Part shown: in pieces, positions 16,800 through 34,459 of the stretch
How the letters are laid out: every line of letters begins with the position of its first letter
Numbering within the stretch: the first letter of the stretch is position 1
Source of the DNA: a virus
Taxonomy: Duplodnaviria; Caudoviricetes
Length of the DNA: 59,034 bases
Reading direction: 5' to 3' (one strand)
IMG/VR virus record: IMGVR_UViG_3300034388_000038
Span: 1-59,034 of that record
Position numbers and translations under genes: made by a program
The notes under the pieces: generated by a model
Told to the model about the DNA's origin: nothing
Seen by the model: only the letters and a program-made list of their open reading frames with translations
Databases searched by the model: none

Positions 16800-17459
16800 A
16801 TGACCCGAGCCGAGATGCTTGCCGAACTGAAAGCCGTTCTTCGTGAGACCTCCTTCGACGCGGCCTGGGGTGACACCCGTCTCCTCATGTACCTTTCCGA
16901 AGGGCAGGACAAGTTCTGCGAAGACACCGGATTCTTCATAGACCAGGCGAACTACAACGTGACGACCGTGGTCGGCACAGCGGACTACTCCCTCGATGGG
17001 CGTATTATCCGTGTAATCGATGTCTATGATGGCACATCTCGGCTTGGGAAATTCCAGCAATCCGATCTGGTTGGTGATTATCGCTACATGCCAACCTCTT
17101 TCCCGTCCGAGACGTCAGACTCCTACCTCTGGCAGTCGGACAAGACGACCGGGTACTTAACTCTGTACCCGACGCCTACCACAATTCGAACCCTGCGGCT
17201 CCGTGTGCATCGCTATTCACGGACTGCGTTGAACGCTGCGACTGGTGAGCCGGAAATCCCGGCTCGGTTCCATCAGGCCCCCATCCACTGGGCCGCGTTC
17301 CGCGCCATGACTGTGCATGACATGGAGCAGCAGGATAAAGTCAAAGCAGCTGACCACCTGGCGATCTATACGCAGATCAAGAACGAGGGCCGCACGGCGT
17401 TCGAGCGGACCATGAACCGGGAAGTGATCGTCTCCCCTAACCGTACCTACGTGGTGTAG
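16800..17459 (+). CDS. Head-tail adaptor (tail tubular A-like)
   Basis: W.D..L..YL.EGQ..FC..T, LYPTP, PEIP..FH pattern. Confidence 0.7.
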   Translation: MTRAEMLAELKAVLRETSFDAAWGDTRLLMYLSEGQDKFCEDTGFFIDQANYNVTTVVGTADYSLDGRIIRVIDVYDGTSRLGKFQQSDLVGDYRYMPTSFPSETSDSYLWQSDKTTGYLTLYPTPTTIRTLRLRVHRYSRTALNAATGEPEIPARFHQAPIHWAAFRAMTVHDMEQQDKVKAADHLAIYTQIKNEGRTAFERTMNREVIVSPNRTYVV

Positions 17460-17461
17460 CC

Positions 17462-18418
17462 ATGGGTGTTTTCCTTCGAGCAGGGAAACTGAATAACCGG
17501 CAGGACCCGCTTCGGTTGGGTGTGATCTCGCGCCAGAATCCGGAAGTCACGTATCTGACGCAGGCGGACAACATCGATTTCGACAACGGGCAGATGGCGA
17601 CCATGCGCCTTGGGCGGTCGCAGCTGCTGGCCGGGGTTCCGCATAGTCTCTGGTCCCACCCCCACGACGACACCATCGCGTTCTTTGTCGATGCCAGTCG
17701 GCTGCGTCGGTTGAACACGGACTACACGGCGACGACCCTGGCGCTGCTGAACTCGAACAACCCGATGTGCTTCTGCCTCGTGAACGGCGAAGTTGTCGCG
17801 TCGAACGCGGTCGACATTGGATGGGTGAGCCAGGGGCAGTACGACCCCTTCGCCCCCACGCTTGGTCAGTTCGAGATCGCCATGCCGGCATGCCAGTATC
17901 TGACCATGCTGAACGGTGTTCTCTACGGCGCCCGCGGCAGTGTGATCTTCGCCAGCAAACCTCACGACATAGAGCGCTGTGATGAGCGCTTCAGCCAGAT
18001 GCCTATGAATGGGTACATCCGGATGCTCGGCGCGGTAGAAGACGGCCTGTGGGCTGCGACCGACCGGGACCGTGTGGCGTTCATCAGCGGCGGTGGCGTG
18101 GATGACTTTTCCTACGTCGATCGATGCGACGACATTCCTCCTGACGGCGCGTTCGTTGAGGACTGGTGGGAGGAGAACGGCGTGCAGCAGCGCTGCGTCG
18201 TGTGGCCGTCCAAGTCTGGTTTCGTCGTCGGCCTGGCTGGTGGCCGTCTGAAGTATCTCGACAGTGACAACATTGCTATTCCGCCCGGAGCGTCCGGCCG
18301 TTGTTTTTCCAGAAAAATAAATGGCATTCATCAGTACGTTGCCGTTATACTCGACCCGGATACGGCGGATACTTTCACCCCGCCTTCACTTGTGGTCACA
18401 ACTCACACAGTAAGCTAA
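17462..18418 (+). CDS. Tail protein (nozzle/beta-propeller-like)
   Basis: L..ADNID.D..G....R.G N-terminal motif; follows adaptor. Confidence 0.55.
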   Translation: MGVFLRAGKLNNRQDPLRLGVISRQNPEVTYLTQADNIDFDNGQMATMRLGRSQLLAGVPHSLWSHPHDDTIAFFVDASRLRRLNTDYTATTLALLNSNNPMCFCLVNGEVVASNAVDIGWVSQGQYDPFAPTLGQFEIAMPACQYLTMLNGVLYGARGSVIFASKPHDIERCDERFSQMPMNGYIRMLGAVEDGLWAATDRDRVAFISGGGVDDFSYVDRCDDIPPDGAFVEDWWEENGVQQRCVVWPSKSGFVVGLAGGRLKYLDSDNIAIPPGASGRCFSRKINGIHQYVAVILDPDTADTFTPPSLVVTTHTVS

Positions 18419-18428
18419 GGAGGAAGTC

Positions 18429-19220
18429 ATGCCAATCCGTCTTTCCACAGGTTTCCGTAACGGTTTCGCCCAGGGCTTCGGTCTGCGCGAGCTGCTGCGT
18501 GACGGTCGCCTCTACGTTCTCAGTGGTACGCAGCCGGCCTCGGCCGACAGCGCCCCGACCGGAACGCTGCTCTGCACCTTCACCCTCGCCGGCGGCTCGT
18601 ACACCGGGGCTACGGCGGCGACCACAACTCTGACGATCACCGGCGGTTCTGGTGGTGATTCCGTGGACACCGTGAAGGTCGGCGGCGCGGGGTTCAATCT
18701 TCTCGGCTCCGCGGTGGCGTGGGCTACCAGCGACGACAACACTGCGATCCTTGTGGCTGCGGCGATCAACGCTACGCAGAATCCTTGGAACATCACCGCA
18801 GCGCGTACCTCTTCCGGGGTGTGCACGCTCTACGCACCCGCCTGGATGGGCGCCGGCGCCAATGCGATGACCTGCGCAGTCACTGAGACGGGTGGCTCGA
18901 CGATCACTGTCGGCAATACCGGGACCTTCGCTGGGGGCGTCACCTCGTCCAATGGTCTGAACTTCCAGTTCCCGGCGGCCAGTGGGGTACTCAGCAAGGA
19001 GGCGACTGTCTGGCAGGGCACTGCGGCGGCGACCGGGACGGCGTCTTACTTCCGTTTCGTGGCGGGTGGCTCGACCTACGACGGCGTCTCGGGCAGCGAT
19101 GTCCGCTTCGACGGCAGCATCGCAACCTCGGGTGGCGACCTGACGATCAGTTCGTCCGCGATTGTCAGTGGTGCGATCCAGACGATCAGTGCCTTCACCC
19201 TCACCATTCCGGCGGCCTAA
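18429..19220 (+). CDS. Tail structural protein
   Basis: SG.QPASAD.A.TGTLL...TGTA.YFRF...RFDG.I motif; TAAGGAGG SD. Confidence 0.65.
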   Translation: MPIRLSTGFRNGFAQGFGLRELLRDGRLYVLSGTQPASADSAPTGTLLCTFTLAGGSYTGATAATTTLTITGGSGGDSVDTVKVGGAGFNLLGSAVAWATSDDNTAILVAAAINATQNPWNITAARTSSGVCTLYAPAWMGAGANAMTCAVTETGGSTITVGNTGTFAGGVTSSNGLNFQFPAASGVLSKEATVWQGTAAATGTASYFRFVAGGSTYDGVSGSDVRFDGSIATSGGDLTISSSAIVSGAIQTISAFTLTIPAA

Positions 19221-20042
19221 ATGAGCGATTACTCCGATCTCATCTCAGGAACCAGCGGGCTGGTTAAATACTACCGCATGTCGGGTACGGCGAACTACGT
19301 CGCTCCCGTCGGAGGTGGGAGTCCGAACGGTAACTTCTATCATTCGGATGGGTCCTACTGGGATGGGGGTGAGACCGGAGCGATCAATGGCGACTCGGAT
19401 ACGGCCTATGTGTTCACCTCAAACTCCGGGTACCTGCATTGGTTTCTGGCGGGGGTGAACAATCTGAGCACGCTGTGCAACGGAGCGACGGCGATCACCG
19501 TGGAATTCTGGACCAAACATTCAGCGACGATTGCTGGGTCCTGCGGGGTGTTCTACCTCATGGGCGGGACTGGCGTCGCCCCAGTAGACCAGTTTCGTGT
19601 AGCCTACACCAGCGCCAATGGGTTTGACTTCTTCGCCCGGCCGGATGCGAACGGCGCCGCCGGAGTGACGCTCAATCAGGGAAGCAATCGGATGGTCTCG
19701 GGGCGGTGGCACCATGTCGCGTTCATCGCTGACTTTGCGAACGACACCATGTCGATCTACCATGACGGTTCCAGGGTCGCCAACTCCACCGCAGCCTTTA
19801 CTGAAGGGGCGTATGTGTATTCGCTGTATAACGGCGGGACGCAGGCGTCCTGGGATCGGTTTGGCAGCTTCTCCCTCGGCGGGGCGTCGCTTTACATCGA
19901 CGAGTTCGCCTTGTACAATGTCGCCCTCACCGGAGAACAGATAGGGTATCGCTTCGGTCTGGGTTCACAGTATCGATTCGAGGGGCAGAAACGCCCCAGA
20001 CAAGTCCGTGGTTATTACTCGGTTCACCACCTACGCATTTAG
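19221..20042 (+). CDS. LamG/concanavalin A-like domain protein
   Basis: ITVEFW, GRWHHVAF, IYHDG, IDEFALYNVALT.EQI motifs. Confidence 0.8.
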   Translation: MSDYSDLISGTSGLVKYYRMSGTANYVAPVGGGSPNGNFYHSDGSYWDGGETGAINGDSDTAYVFTSNSGYLHWFLAGVNNLSTLCNGATAITVEFWTKHSATIAGSCGVFYLMGGTGVAPVDQFRVAYTSANGFDFFARPDANGAAGVTLNQGSNRMVSGRWHHVAFIADFANDTMSIYHDGSRVANSTAAFTEGAYVYSLYNGGTQASWDRFGSFSLGGASLYIDEFALYNVALTGEQIGYRFGLGSQYRFEGQKRPRQVRGYYSVHHLRI

Positions 20043-20054
20043 AGGAGACCCATC

Positions 20055-20537
20055 ATGGCAGGACTTCAGTTTGTCACTCAGAGTATCGAAACTTCGTGCG
20101 TCGGCACGACCGAGACTGCGGTTATCCAGGTCTCCGCGGCGGCGAATCACCCGATCAAGCTCCTTGGGTGGGGCGTGTTCTTCGATGGCACGTCTGTAGC
20201 GGCCGAGCCGGTTCAGGTTAAGATCGTTGGTTCGACGGTCAACGGGACGTTTACCAACACCTTGACTGGCACCGCCCCGTTCACCAATGGTTCGAAGTGC
20301 TGCATCAACGGCCGGACTGAGACGATCCAGTCGACCGGTAAGCACATCGCGACCGGTGGTAACCTTCCGACTGAAGCCATCATCTACGCCAGCCTGGAGG
20401 TACACCCGCAGTCCGGATACGAGGCTCGGTTCCCTCTCGGCCAGGAGCCCATCATCGCAGGCGCAGCGGCGGTATCGATCGTTGTACTCGCACCCGCTAC
20501 GGTGAACTGTCGCGCGATGCTGATCTGCGAGGAGTAA
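20055..20537 (+). CDS. Virion structural protein
   Basis: GAGGAG SD; beta-rich; tail-region context. Confidence 0.6.
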   Translation: MAGLQFVTQSIETSCVGTTETAVIQVSAAANHPIKLLGWGVFFDGTSVAAEPVQVKIVGSTVNGTFTNTLTGTAPFTNGSKCCINGRTETIQSTGKHIATGGNLPTEAIIYASLEVHPQSGYEARFPLGQEPIIAGAAAVSIVVLAPATVNCRAMLICEE

Positions 20538-20543
20538 TCTCCT

Positions 20544-21464
20544 ATGTCCCAGCCTATTCGGCGGACATTCGTACGTAGTGGTTTCCGTGGTGCGATTACG
20601 CACATCATGGCGAACGACTACACGGGCCAAGTTGTTATCCCGCTGTTCTTCTCGACAGTGCAGGCGAACAACACGGCGTGGGAGGCAGACCTGTCGATGC
20701 CGCTCTTCCAAGTCTCAGGCTTGGTCGAGCACAACACGGGCGATGTCATCCTCCCTCTGATCGAGGTTTCCGGTACGCACATCACCGGCGCGTGGGCGAT
20801 CGCGGACATCAGCATTCCGTTGTTCACGTCCGCCGGTACTGCGCAGCTTGGGACGTTCGCTGACATAGAAATCCCGTTGTTCACTGTGGCTGGGGACTTG
20901 TTCGAGCAGCCCGTCCTCGCTGGCGATATTGTGATTCCGCTGTTCTATGTTGACGGACTGATGTCGCGCGGGGCCGTTGGTTGGTTGACCACGTCCCCCC
21001 ATGCCGCGTGGGTTGTGAACAAGGACACGGTGCAGCACTCGACGTATTCCAACTGGCAGGTCAACTCGCTGGTGCAGTTCAACGGCACGACGCTGCTTGC
21101 TTTGCCAGACGGTATCTACGAAGAGACGGGCGACGTCGACGGTACGGACCAGATCGACTTCAAACTTTACTGGCCTCCGACTGAATTTGGGAAGCAGGTC
21201 CAGAAGCGTGTCGATGCGGTCTACGTTAATGGCCGGTTCCTTGGGAACTTCCGCGTTGTTTCTCTCTGCGACGAAACCCAGAAGCGGGTTTACACCCAGG
21301 ACATGACGAACTTTCCGGTCGGTGCCCATCCGAAGCGCGCGCTCTTCACGCGGAATCTTATGGGGCGGTACTGGCAGATCGGGATCGAGAACGCCCTGGG
21401 TAGCCGGATTACGATTGCTGACCTGGAAGCCATGCCGATCGAGCACCAGAGACGGCTCAGATGA
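20544..21464 (+). CDS. Tail protein with internal (A/G)DIxIPLFxxxG repeats
   Basis: About six copies of the D-I-x-I-P-L-F motif in the N-terminal half. Confidence 0.6.
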   Translation: MSQPIRRTFVRSGFRGAITHIMANDYTGQVVIPLFFSTVQANNTAWEADLSMPLFQVSGLVEHNTGDVILPLIEVSGTHITGAWAIADISIPLFTSAGTAQLGTFADIEIPLFTVAGDLFEQPVLAGDIVIPLFYVDGLMSRGAVGWLTTSPHAAWVVNKDTVQHSTYSNWQVNSLVQFNGTTLLALPDGIYEETGDVDGTDQIDFKLYWPPTEFGKQVQKRVDAVYVNGRFLGNFRVVSLCDETQKRVYTQDMTNFPVGAHPKRALFTRNLMGRYWQIGIENALGSRITIADLEAMPIEHQRRLR

Positions 21465-24355
21465 CAGAGCTGAAGAAGCTATACCAGAACGGCGCGCCGG
21501 CTTGGCTGACTGGCTGGGCGGAGAACAAGGCGCTCGAACTGGATGCTGTCCGGGTAGCCGCTGGCTCTGAGCTTACGACGAAGACACTGTTCATTGAGGG
21601 GTTCTACGTCCTGTTCCGCCTGTCCGACGAGGTGCGTAAGGTCATCGTCTGGGGCGGGGTAGACCTCGGGCACATCATGACGTTGGCTCCTGACGGGTCG
21701 GTTTTCGTTTACGACTGGGAAGCGGACGCTCTTGTTCCTGTGGGGACCTACGAATCCGGCGCCGGAGAAGAGATTCACCCTGCGTTCAACACGACCTGTC
21801 ATCTGGGGGAGAAGACCGGACTGACGTTCGGCCAGACCTGGGTGCCTTCGGAGTTGATTCCGGACATCGTCCGAGTGAATGAGTGCCCAGATTACGAGAT
21901 GGAGATTCTCCGCAAGGGTGACCTCGAACTCTGGGCGCGCGTTGGCCCGGACGCTGCGGCGGTCGCCGAGCTTCCCAACAGAACCGTACCGTTCACATGG
22001 GTGGACGAACTGAACGCCCCACAGGGGGCGTTGGCGGTGTTCCCCGGGTATCCGACGGGCTCAGTCTGGAACCTGATGCAAGGGATCGACGCCTGGGCAT
22101 TCTCTCCGTTCACCCGCAATGTCTTTCCGTACTGGTCGTGGCAGCCGGCGGTCGTGTACCAGGAGCCGGGGAACGGGTTCTTCGTTCCGGGGTTCTACTA
22201 TGGCGACACAGCGAACCGCGGTGGTGTGCTGGTCGACGGCGGGATCAACGAACTCGGGGCGCCCTTTGGCTTCGAGGCGATGGACGTCACATTCTGCGCG
22301 ATCCTGGACAACAGAAAACCAAATTCCAAGAAGCCCTACGGTTACTGCGAGATGCTGACGCGGGTGTACCCGGCCCCAGAAGGGCAGCCGGAACGACGCC
22401 GGCACCTCGCAGGGTTCCTCTCTGTGCTCCCCCCTGAGACCAGGTCCAACCTGACTTCGTTCTATCTATCCATCCTGAACCAACGGTACGCCGGCACGTT
22501 TCTGGATAGCTGGACCTCGACGTTCGACATTGACCTGACCGATGTCTTCGCTGATGTTCCTGACGACGAGGATTTGTCTGTCCACCTGTGGAATTTCTAC
22601 GACCGCAAGGACGACGAAGAAGCGGCGATCGATGATCCGACCTATGTTCCTCGGGACTATGATTCGACGGCGTTCGTCGCTGCCTACCAGCGGCATGCTA
22701 CGTTGTACAAGACACCGGCCAATCCGTTCCTGCTCTACGAGACACGCAAGTACCACTCGCACTCCGTATCGACGGACGGTTCGAAGGTCGCGATCTTCGA
22801 GAGTGAGGACTCTGATCCTGGCGTGATCTCCCATGTCGTCGTGTTCGACATGTACTTCGGGTTCTTCGGCACCGTACCGCGGGACAACTTCATTACTGTC
22901 GACCGCTACTACATTATGACGACCCCGGATGGGGAGCGTATCCAGTACCGCGTTGTGCGCGCCGGGCAAACGTCCGCGGATGAGGTTATCTACGACGGCT
23001 CCGAGACCATTGTTGACGGAGCGGCCGTCTTACAGCGCGACGGCAAGGGGTTGTTCCTGGCGAACTCGGATGTCATCGCTGGCGCCGAGGCGACAACTGC
23101 CTGCATTATCCCGCGCCGCGCTGTCTTTGGGCGTGACGAAGCCGCGGAACGCCCGATCTCACAGACTCCATATTCTTTGCTGGCCGTCGAGAAGAAAACC
23201 GTCGACGATACAGATACTTACAAATGGCGCTCGCATCTCGGGCGGGTGACCTACGGCTGGCCGGTAACCAGTGGGTACGGCTGGGTGAAAATCTGGGTTC
23301 CCGATGGTATCCATGCGCAGGCCCGGCAGATCAACGACCCATGTATGCTTGGCGGGATAGCGATCCTACGTCCGGCCGCGCTGCCCCCTGGAGGTACGCA
23401 GTACACCGTTACCATTACCGAAAACGGCGTGGACACGAACTACACGGGGACGTTCGCTGAGCTAAAAGACCTGCTGCCCTACGTGCTCTACTCGCTCTAC
23501 AGCGGGGAGGAGGATGGATTCTACGAGGTCGGTCTCTGCAAATGGAAGATGGACCCGAGCGATACGCTCTCGACAACACCCGATACGACGGCCCCGCTTC
23601 CGATCGGTACGACGTTTTCTGTCACAATCACCCCAGGGTCGGTGCTCTACCCGGCGGCGTCTTCGATACCGAGTTACTGTCGTGACGCGCGGACCGGGCG
23701 GACTGATGCGGACGGGAACGAAATCCCTGATGACGCGACCTACATTATCCCCGAGTGTCTCGAAGTAACCGCGCCGGTAGGGCTGGCAGTTGACGGCTCT
23801 GAGTACGTTGCCAGTGGCGGGGTTCCCCCGTATTCCTGGTCGCTGACCGGAGGCGGGGAGTTGAACGTTTCCGAAGATGGGACGCGAGTGACGATCACGG
23901 AGGGCGGAGGGTGTGGCACAGGGCGGCTGACTGTTACTGATGTATGCGGGACTTTTGCTGATCGGGAGATTAAATACTCTAGCGGATTTTGGGAGACGGA
24001 CTGGACGCACGACGCTTCTGGGACCATAAACTATACCTGCCAAGAACCGGATGCTTCGCAAGGGATACCCGGGAATAAGTGCGAATACTACACGTTCTGC
24101 GGATTTCTGTCGGCGTATACTACCACTGCCTTTGGTACGCGGCAGATTCGTGAGGACTGGGCCGTTATCCTTGGGGGTTGCAACCCGTGCCCTGACGACG
24201 AGTACCCGTGGAGCTATGGATGTGCGCAGTGCAGTGGCGGTTGTAGCCTGACGCCTGTGACAAGTAACCCATTCACCAGCGGTTTGTGCGGGAGCATAGC
24301 GTCGGCAAAGTATTGCGTTATCGAACGCTACTCCAAGAACTGGGTATGTCTATGA
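21461..24355 (+). CDS. Large tail/receptor-binding protein (964 aa) with Cys-rich C-terminus
   Basis: Long ORF coupled to neighbours; Ig-like ASGG.PPYSW segment; many Cys in the last ~130 aa. Confidence 0.6.
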   Translation: MTELKKLYQNGAPAWLTGWAENKALELDAVRVAAGSELTTKTLFIEGFYVLFRLSDEVRKVIVWGGVDLGHIMTLAPDGSVFVYDWEADALVPVGTYESGAGEEIHPAFNTTCHLGEKTGLTFGQTWVPSELIPDIVRVNECPDYEMEILRKGDLELWARVGPDAAAVAELPNRTVPFTWVDELNAPQGALAVFPGYPTGSVWNLMQGIDAWAFSPFTRNVFPYWSWQPAVVYQEPGNGFFVPGFYYGDTANRGGVLVDGGINELGAPFGFEAMDVTFCAILDNRKPNSKKPYGYCEMLTRVYPAPEGQPERRRHLAGFLSVLPPETRSNLTSFYLSILNQRYAGTFLDSWTSTFDIDLTDVFADVPDDEDLSVHLWNFYDRKDDEEAAIDDPTYVPRDYDSTAFVAAYQRHATLYKTPANPFLLYETRKYHSHSVSTDGSKVAIFESEDSDPGVISHVVVFDMYFGFFGTVPRDNFITVDRYYIMTTPDGERIQYRVVRAGQTSADEVIYDGSETIVDGAAVLQRDGKGLFLANSDVIAGAEATTACIIPRRAVFGRDEAAERPISQTPYSLLAVEKKTVDDTDTYKWRSHLGRVTYGWPVTSGYGWVKIWVPDGIHAQARQINDPCMLGGIAILRPAALPPGGTQYTVTITENGVDTNYTGTFAELKDLLPYVLYSLYSGEEDGFYEVGLCKWKMDPSDTLSTTPDTTAPLPIGTTFSVTITPGSVLYPAASSIPSYCRDARTGRTDADGNEIPDDATYIIPECLEVTAPVGLAVDGSEYVASGGVPPYSWSLTGGGELNVSEDGTRVTITEGGGCGTGRLTVTDVCGTFADREIKYSSGFWETDWTHDASGTINYTCQEPDASQGIPGNKCEYYTFCGFLSAYTTTAFGTRQIREDWAVILGGCNPCPDDEYPWSYGCAQCSGGCSLTPVTSNPFTSGLCGSIASAKYCVIERYSKNWVCL

Positions 24356-24768
24356 TCTTCGAAGATATTTACGCCGGCAAGACGGCGCAGCAGATCGGGC
24401 TGAGGGACTCCGACTACGCGTCAAGAAAGGCCCTCCTCGATCGGTTCCTCGCCCAGTGGGGTGGCGGAGACCTGCGTGCGGACTACGTCGCCTGGATTAA
24501 GACACAGCCGGAGGGGCAGACTCCGAGCTATCCAGCAATGCCCGAGGCCGTAGAGCGCGCAGGGAATCTTGGCCGGGCGCTGTTCCGTTTTGTTGTGGCC
24601 GGGCTGCCTATCGAGACCCGCGAGCATGCTGACGCGCGCGTCAAAATCTGTGAAACCAATGAATGCGGGTTCTATGATGGGTCTGTTTGCCGTCATACCA
24701 AGTGCGGATGCTTCACAAAAATAAAAACTTTCCTCGAAACAGAACATTGCCCTATTGGCAAATGGTGA
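24352..24768 (+). CDS. Cys-rich small protein (DUF6171-like C-terminus)
   Basis: R..IC...C......C....CGCF..IK......CP.GKW; ATGA overlap. Confidence 0.6.
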   Translation: MIFEDIYAGKTAQQIGLRDSDYASRKALLDRFLAQWGGGDLRADYVAWIKTQPEGQTPSYPAMPEAVERAGNLGRALFRFVVAGLPIETREHADARVKICETNECGFYDGSVCRHTKCGCFTKIKTFLETEHCPIGKW

Positions 24769-24783
24769 AATTTTCTGTAGACT
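24755..24783 (+). promoter_or_regulatory. Possible promoter for internal virion protein genes
   Basis: TTGGCA-17 bp-TAGACT. Confidence 0.4.
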
Positions 24784-24807
24784 TGCTTCATTCAAAGGAG
24801 CATCGCT

Positions 24808-25785
24808 ATGCCGTTGACAAATACAGAAGTCTGGACCGAAGTTAAGTCTGCCATTGCGATCCTCCAAGCGAAGGTGGACAGTGCCGTCAACGATCTGCAA
24901 ACGGAAGCGAATCGGCTGTCCGACCCGTGGGACTTTATCGAACAGGATAAAGAGAACCAGGGCATCCAAGGCGCCGACCCGGTCACGGCTCCCGTCATTG
25001 GTACGTTCACCAAGCCGGCGTTCGTCTTCAACCCCGAGGACTACGTCAATGGCGATCTGGTCAAGTACCGGTACGAATCTGACTTCTTCCTGTTCCTCGA
25101 TCCTCAGCTTCGTGACTCCATCCTGAACGAGACGGTCGGTATCGCTGCGTACATTCAGCAGGACATCTTCGACCAGATGCACGACCGGGACCTCCAGACG
25201 TTGAACGACGCTCTGGATGCAGTCGACCGCAAGCAGGCCCAGCGGGGCTTCCCGATCCCGACCAGTATGATGCTGGCCGCGCGTAATGATGTCATCAAGA
25301 AATACCAGGATACCCGCAACGACCGCAATCGCGAAGTGACGGCTCTGATCGCCGAGCGCGCGCAGGCCAACGTGCACCACGCGATCGACTCGGGTCTGAA
25401 GATGGAGGACATCAACTCTCGCTTCCAGCTGGAGTACGCCAAGATGTTCTACGTCATGGCCGAGGTACTCATCAAGAAATACGCGACCGAAGCCGAGGTG
25501 GCGATCAAGGAATTCCAGACCAACGCCGAAGCTGCGATCAAGCGGTACGAGGCTGACGTCACAAACCAGAAACTCACCCTCGAAGAAGACGCGCTCTACA
25601 TCCAGCGGCTGCGGTCGTATATCGACCAGAACAACCAGATCGCCCGTGCGCTGATCGAGCAGTCCGAGGCTGCGACGGCCCGCAAGCTGGCCGCAAGCCA
25701 AGAGGTTGTCAACTACTACAAGTCCCAGGTAATGGGTACGACAGGCCAGATGAACGTGGTCAACGTCGAGACGACTACGACATAA
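24808..25785 (+). CDS. Probable internal virion/ejection protein (helical)
   Basis: Coiled-coil composition, RGFPIP motif, position before the giant gene. Confidence 0.55.
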   Translation: MPLTNTEVWTEVKSAIAILQAKVDSAVNDLQTEANRLSDPWDFIEQDKENQGIQGADPVTAPVIGTFTKPAFVFNPEDYVNGDLVKYRYESDFFLFLDPQLRDSILNETVGIAAYIQQDIFDQMHDRDLQTLNDALDAVDRKQAQRGFPIPTSMMLAARNDVIKKYQDTRNDRNREVTALIAERAQANVHHAIDSGLKMEDINSRFQLEYAKMFYVMAEVLIKKYATEAEVAIKEFQTNAEAAIKRYEADVTNQKLTLEEDALYIQRLRSYIDQNNQIARALIEQSEAATARKLAASQEVVNYYKSQVMGTTGQMNVVNVETTTT

Positions 25786-25796
25786 GGAGAACGATC

Positions 25797-26848
25797 ATGG
25801 CTGAGGAAATGGCCCGTTTAAATCCAAGTCTGCTCTCCCGTCTTTGGCGCGGGGAACTCGGCTCCAGTCCTCCGGAGTCTAATTATGCGTTCTACCAGGA
25901 CGGCCAGTCCGCCACTCCAGGGGGGCTCATTGAGGTACCCGGAAAAATCTGGCGTGGGGAGCTTGGCGCCAGTCCTCCTGAGTCGAACTACGCGTACTAC
26001 CAAGATGGGCAGTCGGTTCCCGCAGGGGCCAGCGCCGCAGGTGCAGCGACCTCCTCACCCGCAGCCACTACGGCGGCAAACATCCCAGGGCCTCCCGGCA
26101 TTGCGACAGACGAAACGCTCCCCGGCAACGTAGCTCGGCAGGTTCGCCCTGGCGTAACCGAGGTTATCACCCCTGGAACCCAGAAGAGCGGGACCCGGTT
26201 CTTCACCAATCTCTTGGAGTCGGGTGCGAATCCGGAGCAAGTAGCTGGCTTCTACAAGGAGATGAACAAGCCCGGCGCGATGGTCGCCTCAGACGGAACT
26301 CCTGTCGCGCAGGATACTGCGAGCGCCATGGCCGGTCGTCTTGGCGGCTCGGCCGCAGGTGGGGCGGACCTTACCATCGACACTGGCCAGCGCATCGGCG
26401 ACATCATCCGGGAGCGCCAGATCGGTGAAGACCCCTTCGCCTACCTCGCCAGTCTTCGTGCAGCCAGCGAACTCGCGCAGGAGAGCCAAGGGGAAAGTTC
26501 GAAGAAGTTCAACCGCGTGGCCAAGTTGTCCGAACTGGAGACCGCGCGCCAAAACGCGATGTCTGCGCGGTTGTCTGGTGAAGCTGCGGTGGCGAAGGCC
26601 AGCGCGAAGGGCGGTGAGCGGAAGGTTACTTCTACGGTCGACACTACGCTCCCAGGAAAAGCGGAGACCACGTTCAAGGATGAGAACAGCGGCCGTACGT
26701 ACGCGATCCCGAACTCCATGCTCGGCAATTCGCGGTACCAAGACATCGTAACGGAACTCGAAAAGACCGGCAAGATGGATACGTTCGACGCGCAGATCGC
26801 TGCGAAGAAACTCTTTGAGGCTGAGCAAGCTTCCGCTGGAGTGAAATA

Positions 26849-26849
<1 letters not shown>
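25797..26849 (+). CDS. Probable internal virion/ejection protein with duplicated 22-aa motif
   Basis: Ala/Gly-rich; WRGELGxSPPESNYAxYQDGQS twice. Confidence 0.55.
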
Positions 26850-34173
<7,324 letters not shown>

Positions 34174-34177
<4 letters not shown>

Positions 34178-34377
34178 CCGACAAAGATATGCTGGACCCT
34201 TGGGCCTCGCGCCTGCGGGGGCAGACCCCTCGCGCGGTAGCCACGATCAACAAGCCGATGAACCTCGGCGGGATGAACCAACCGATGCCTGAGACCATGG
34301 AAGCCCGCGCTATGAAGCAGCGTCAGGCCCAAGGGATGCCGCTGTCCCCGACCGATCCGGAACGGTGGCGGCGGTAA
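34174..34377 (+). CDS. Hypothetical protein (67 aa), last late gene
   Basis: ATGA overlap with the giant gene; AAGGA SD. Confidence 0.6.
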
Positions 34378-34405
34378 AAAAATTCCCCCGGCGGTTGGCC
34401 GGGGG
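34376..34405 (-). terminator. Terminator at convergence of the two arms
   Basis: CCCCCGGC/GCCGGGGG stem with a T7 run on the minus strand. Confidence 0.7.
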
Positions 34406-34430
34406 CATGGGGAACTGCTCTTGCACAAGT

Positions 34431-34459
34431 ACTATAGTCGTTCAGTAGACGGAAGTCAA
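34431..34459 (-). promoter_or_regulatory. Leftward promoter-like sequence overlapped by an 11-bp inverted repeat (34446-34472)
   Basis: TTGACT-17 bp-TATAGT; TAGACGGAAGT-N5-ACTTCCGTCTA. Confidence 0.5.

Noticed and set aside
23514-23768. Possible third nested gene after GGAGGAGG-ATG in the 964-aa tail gene
   Set aside because: Arg/Ser-rich shadow-frame composition and no visible loss of host-frame codon bias
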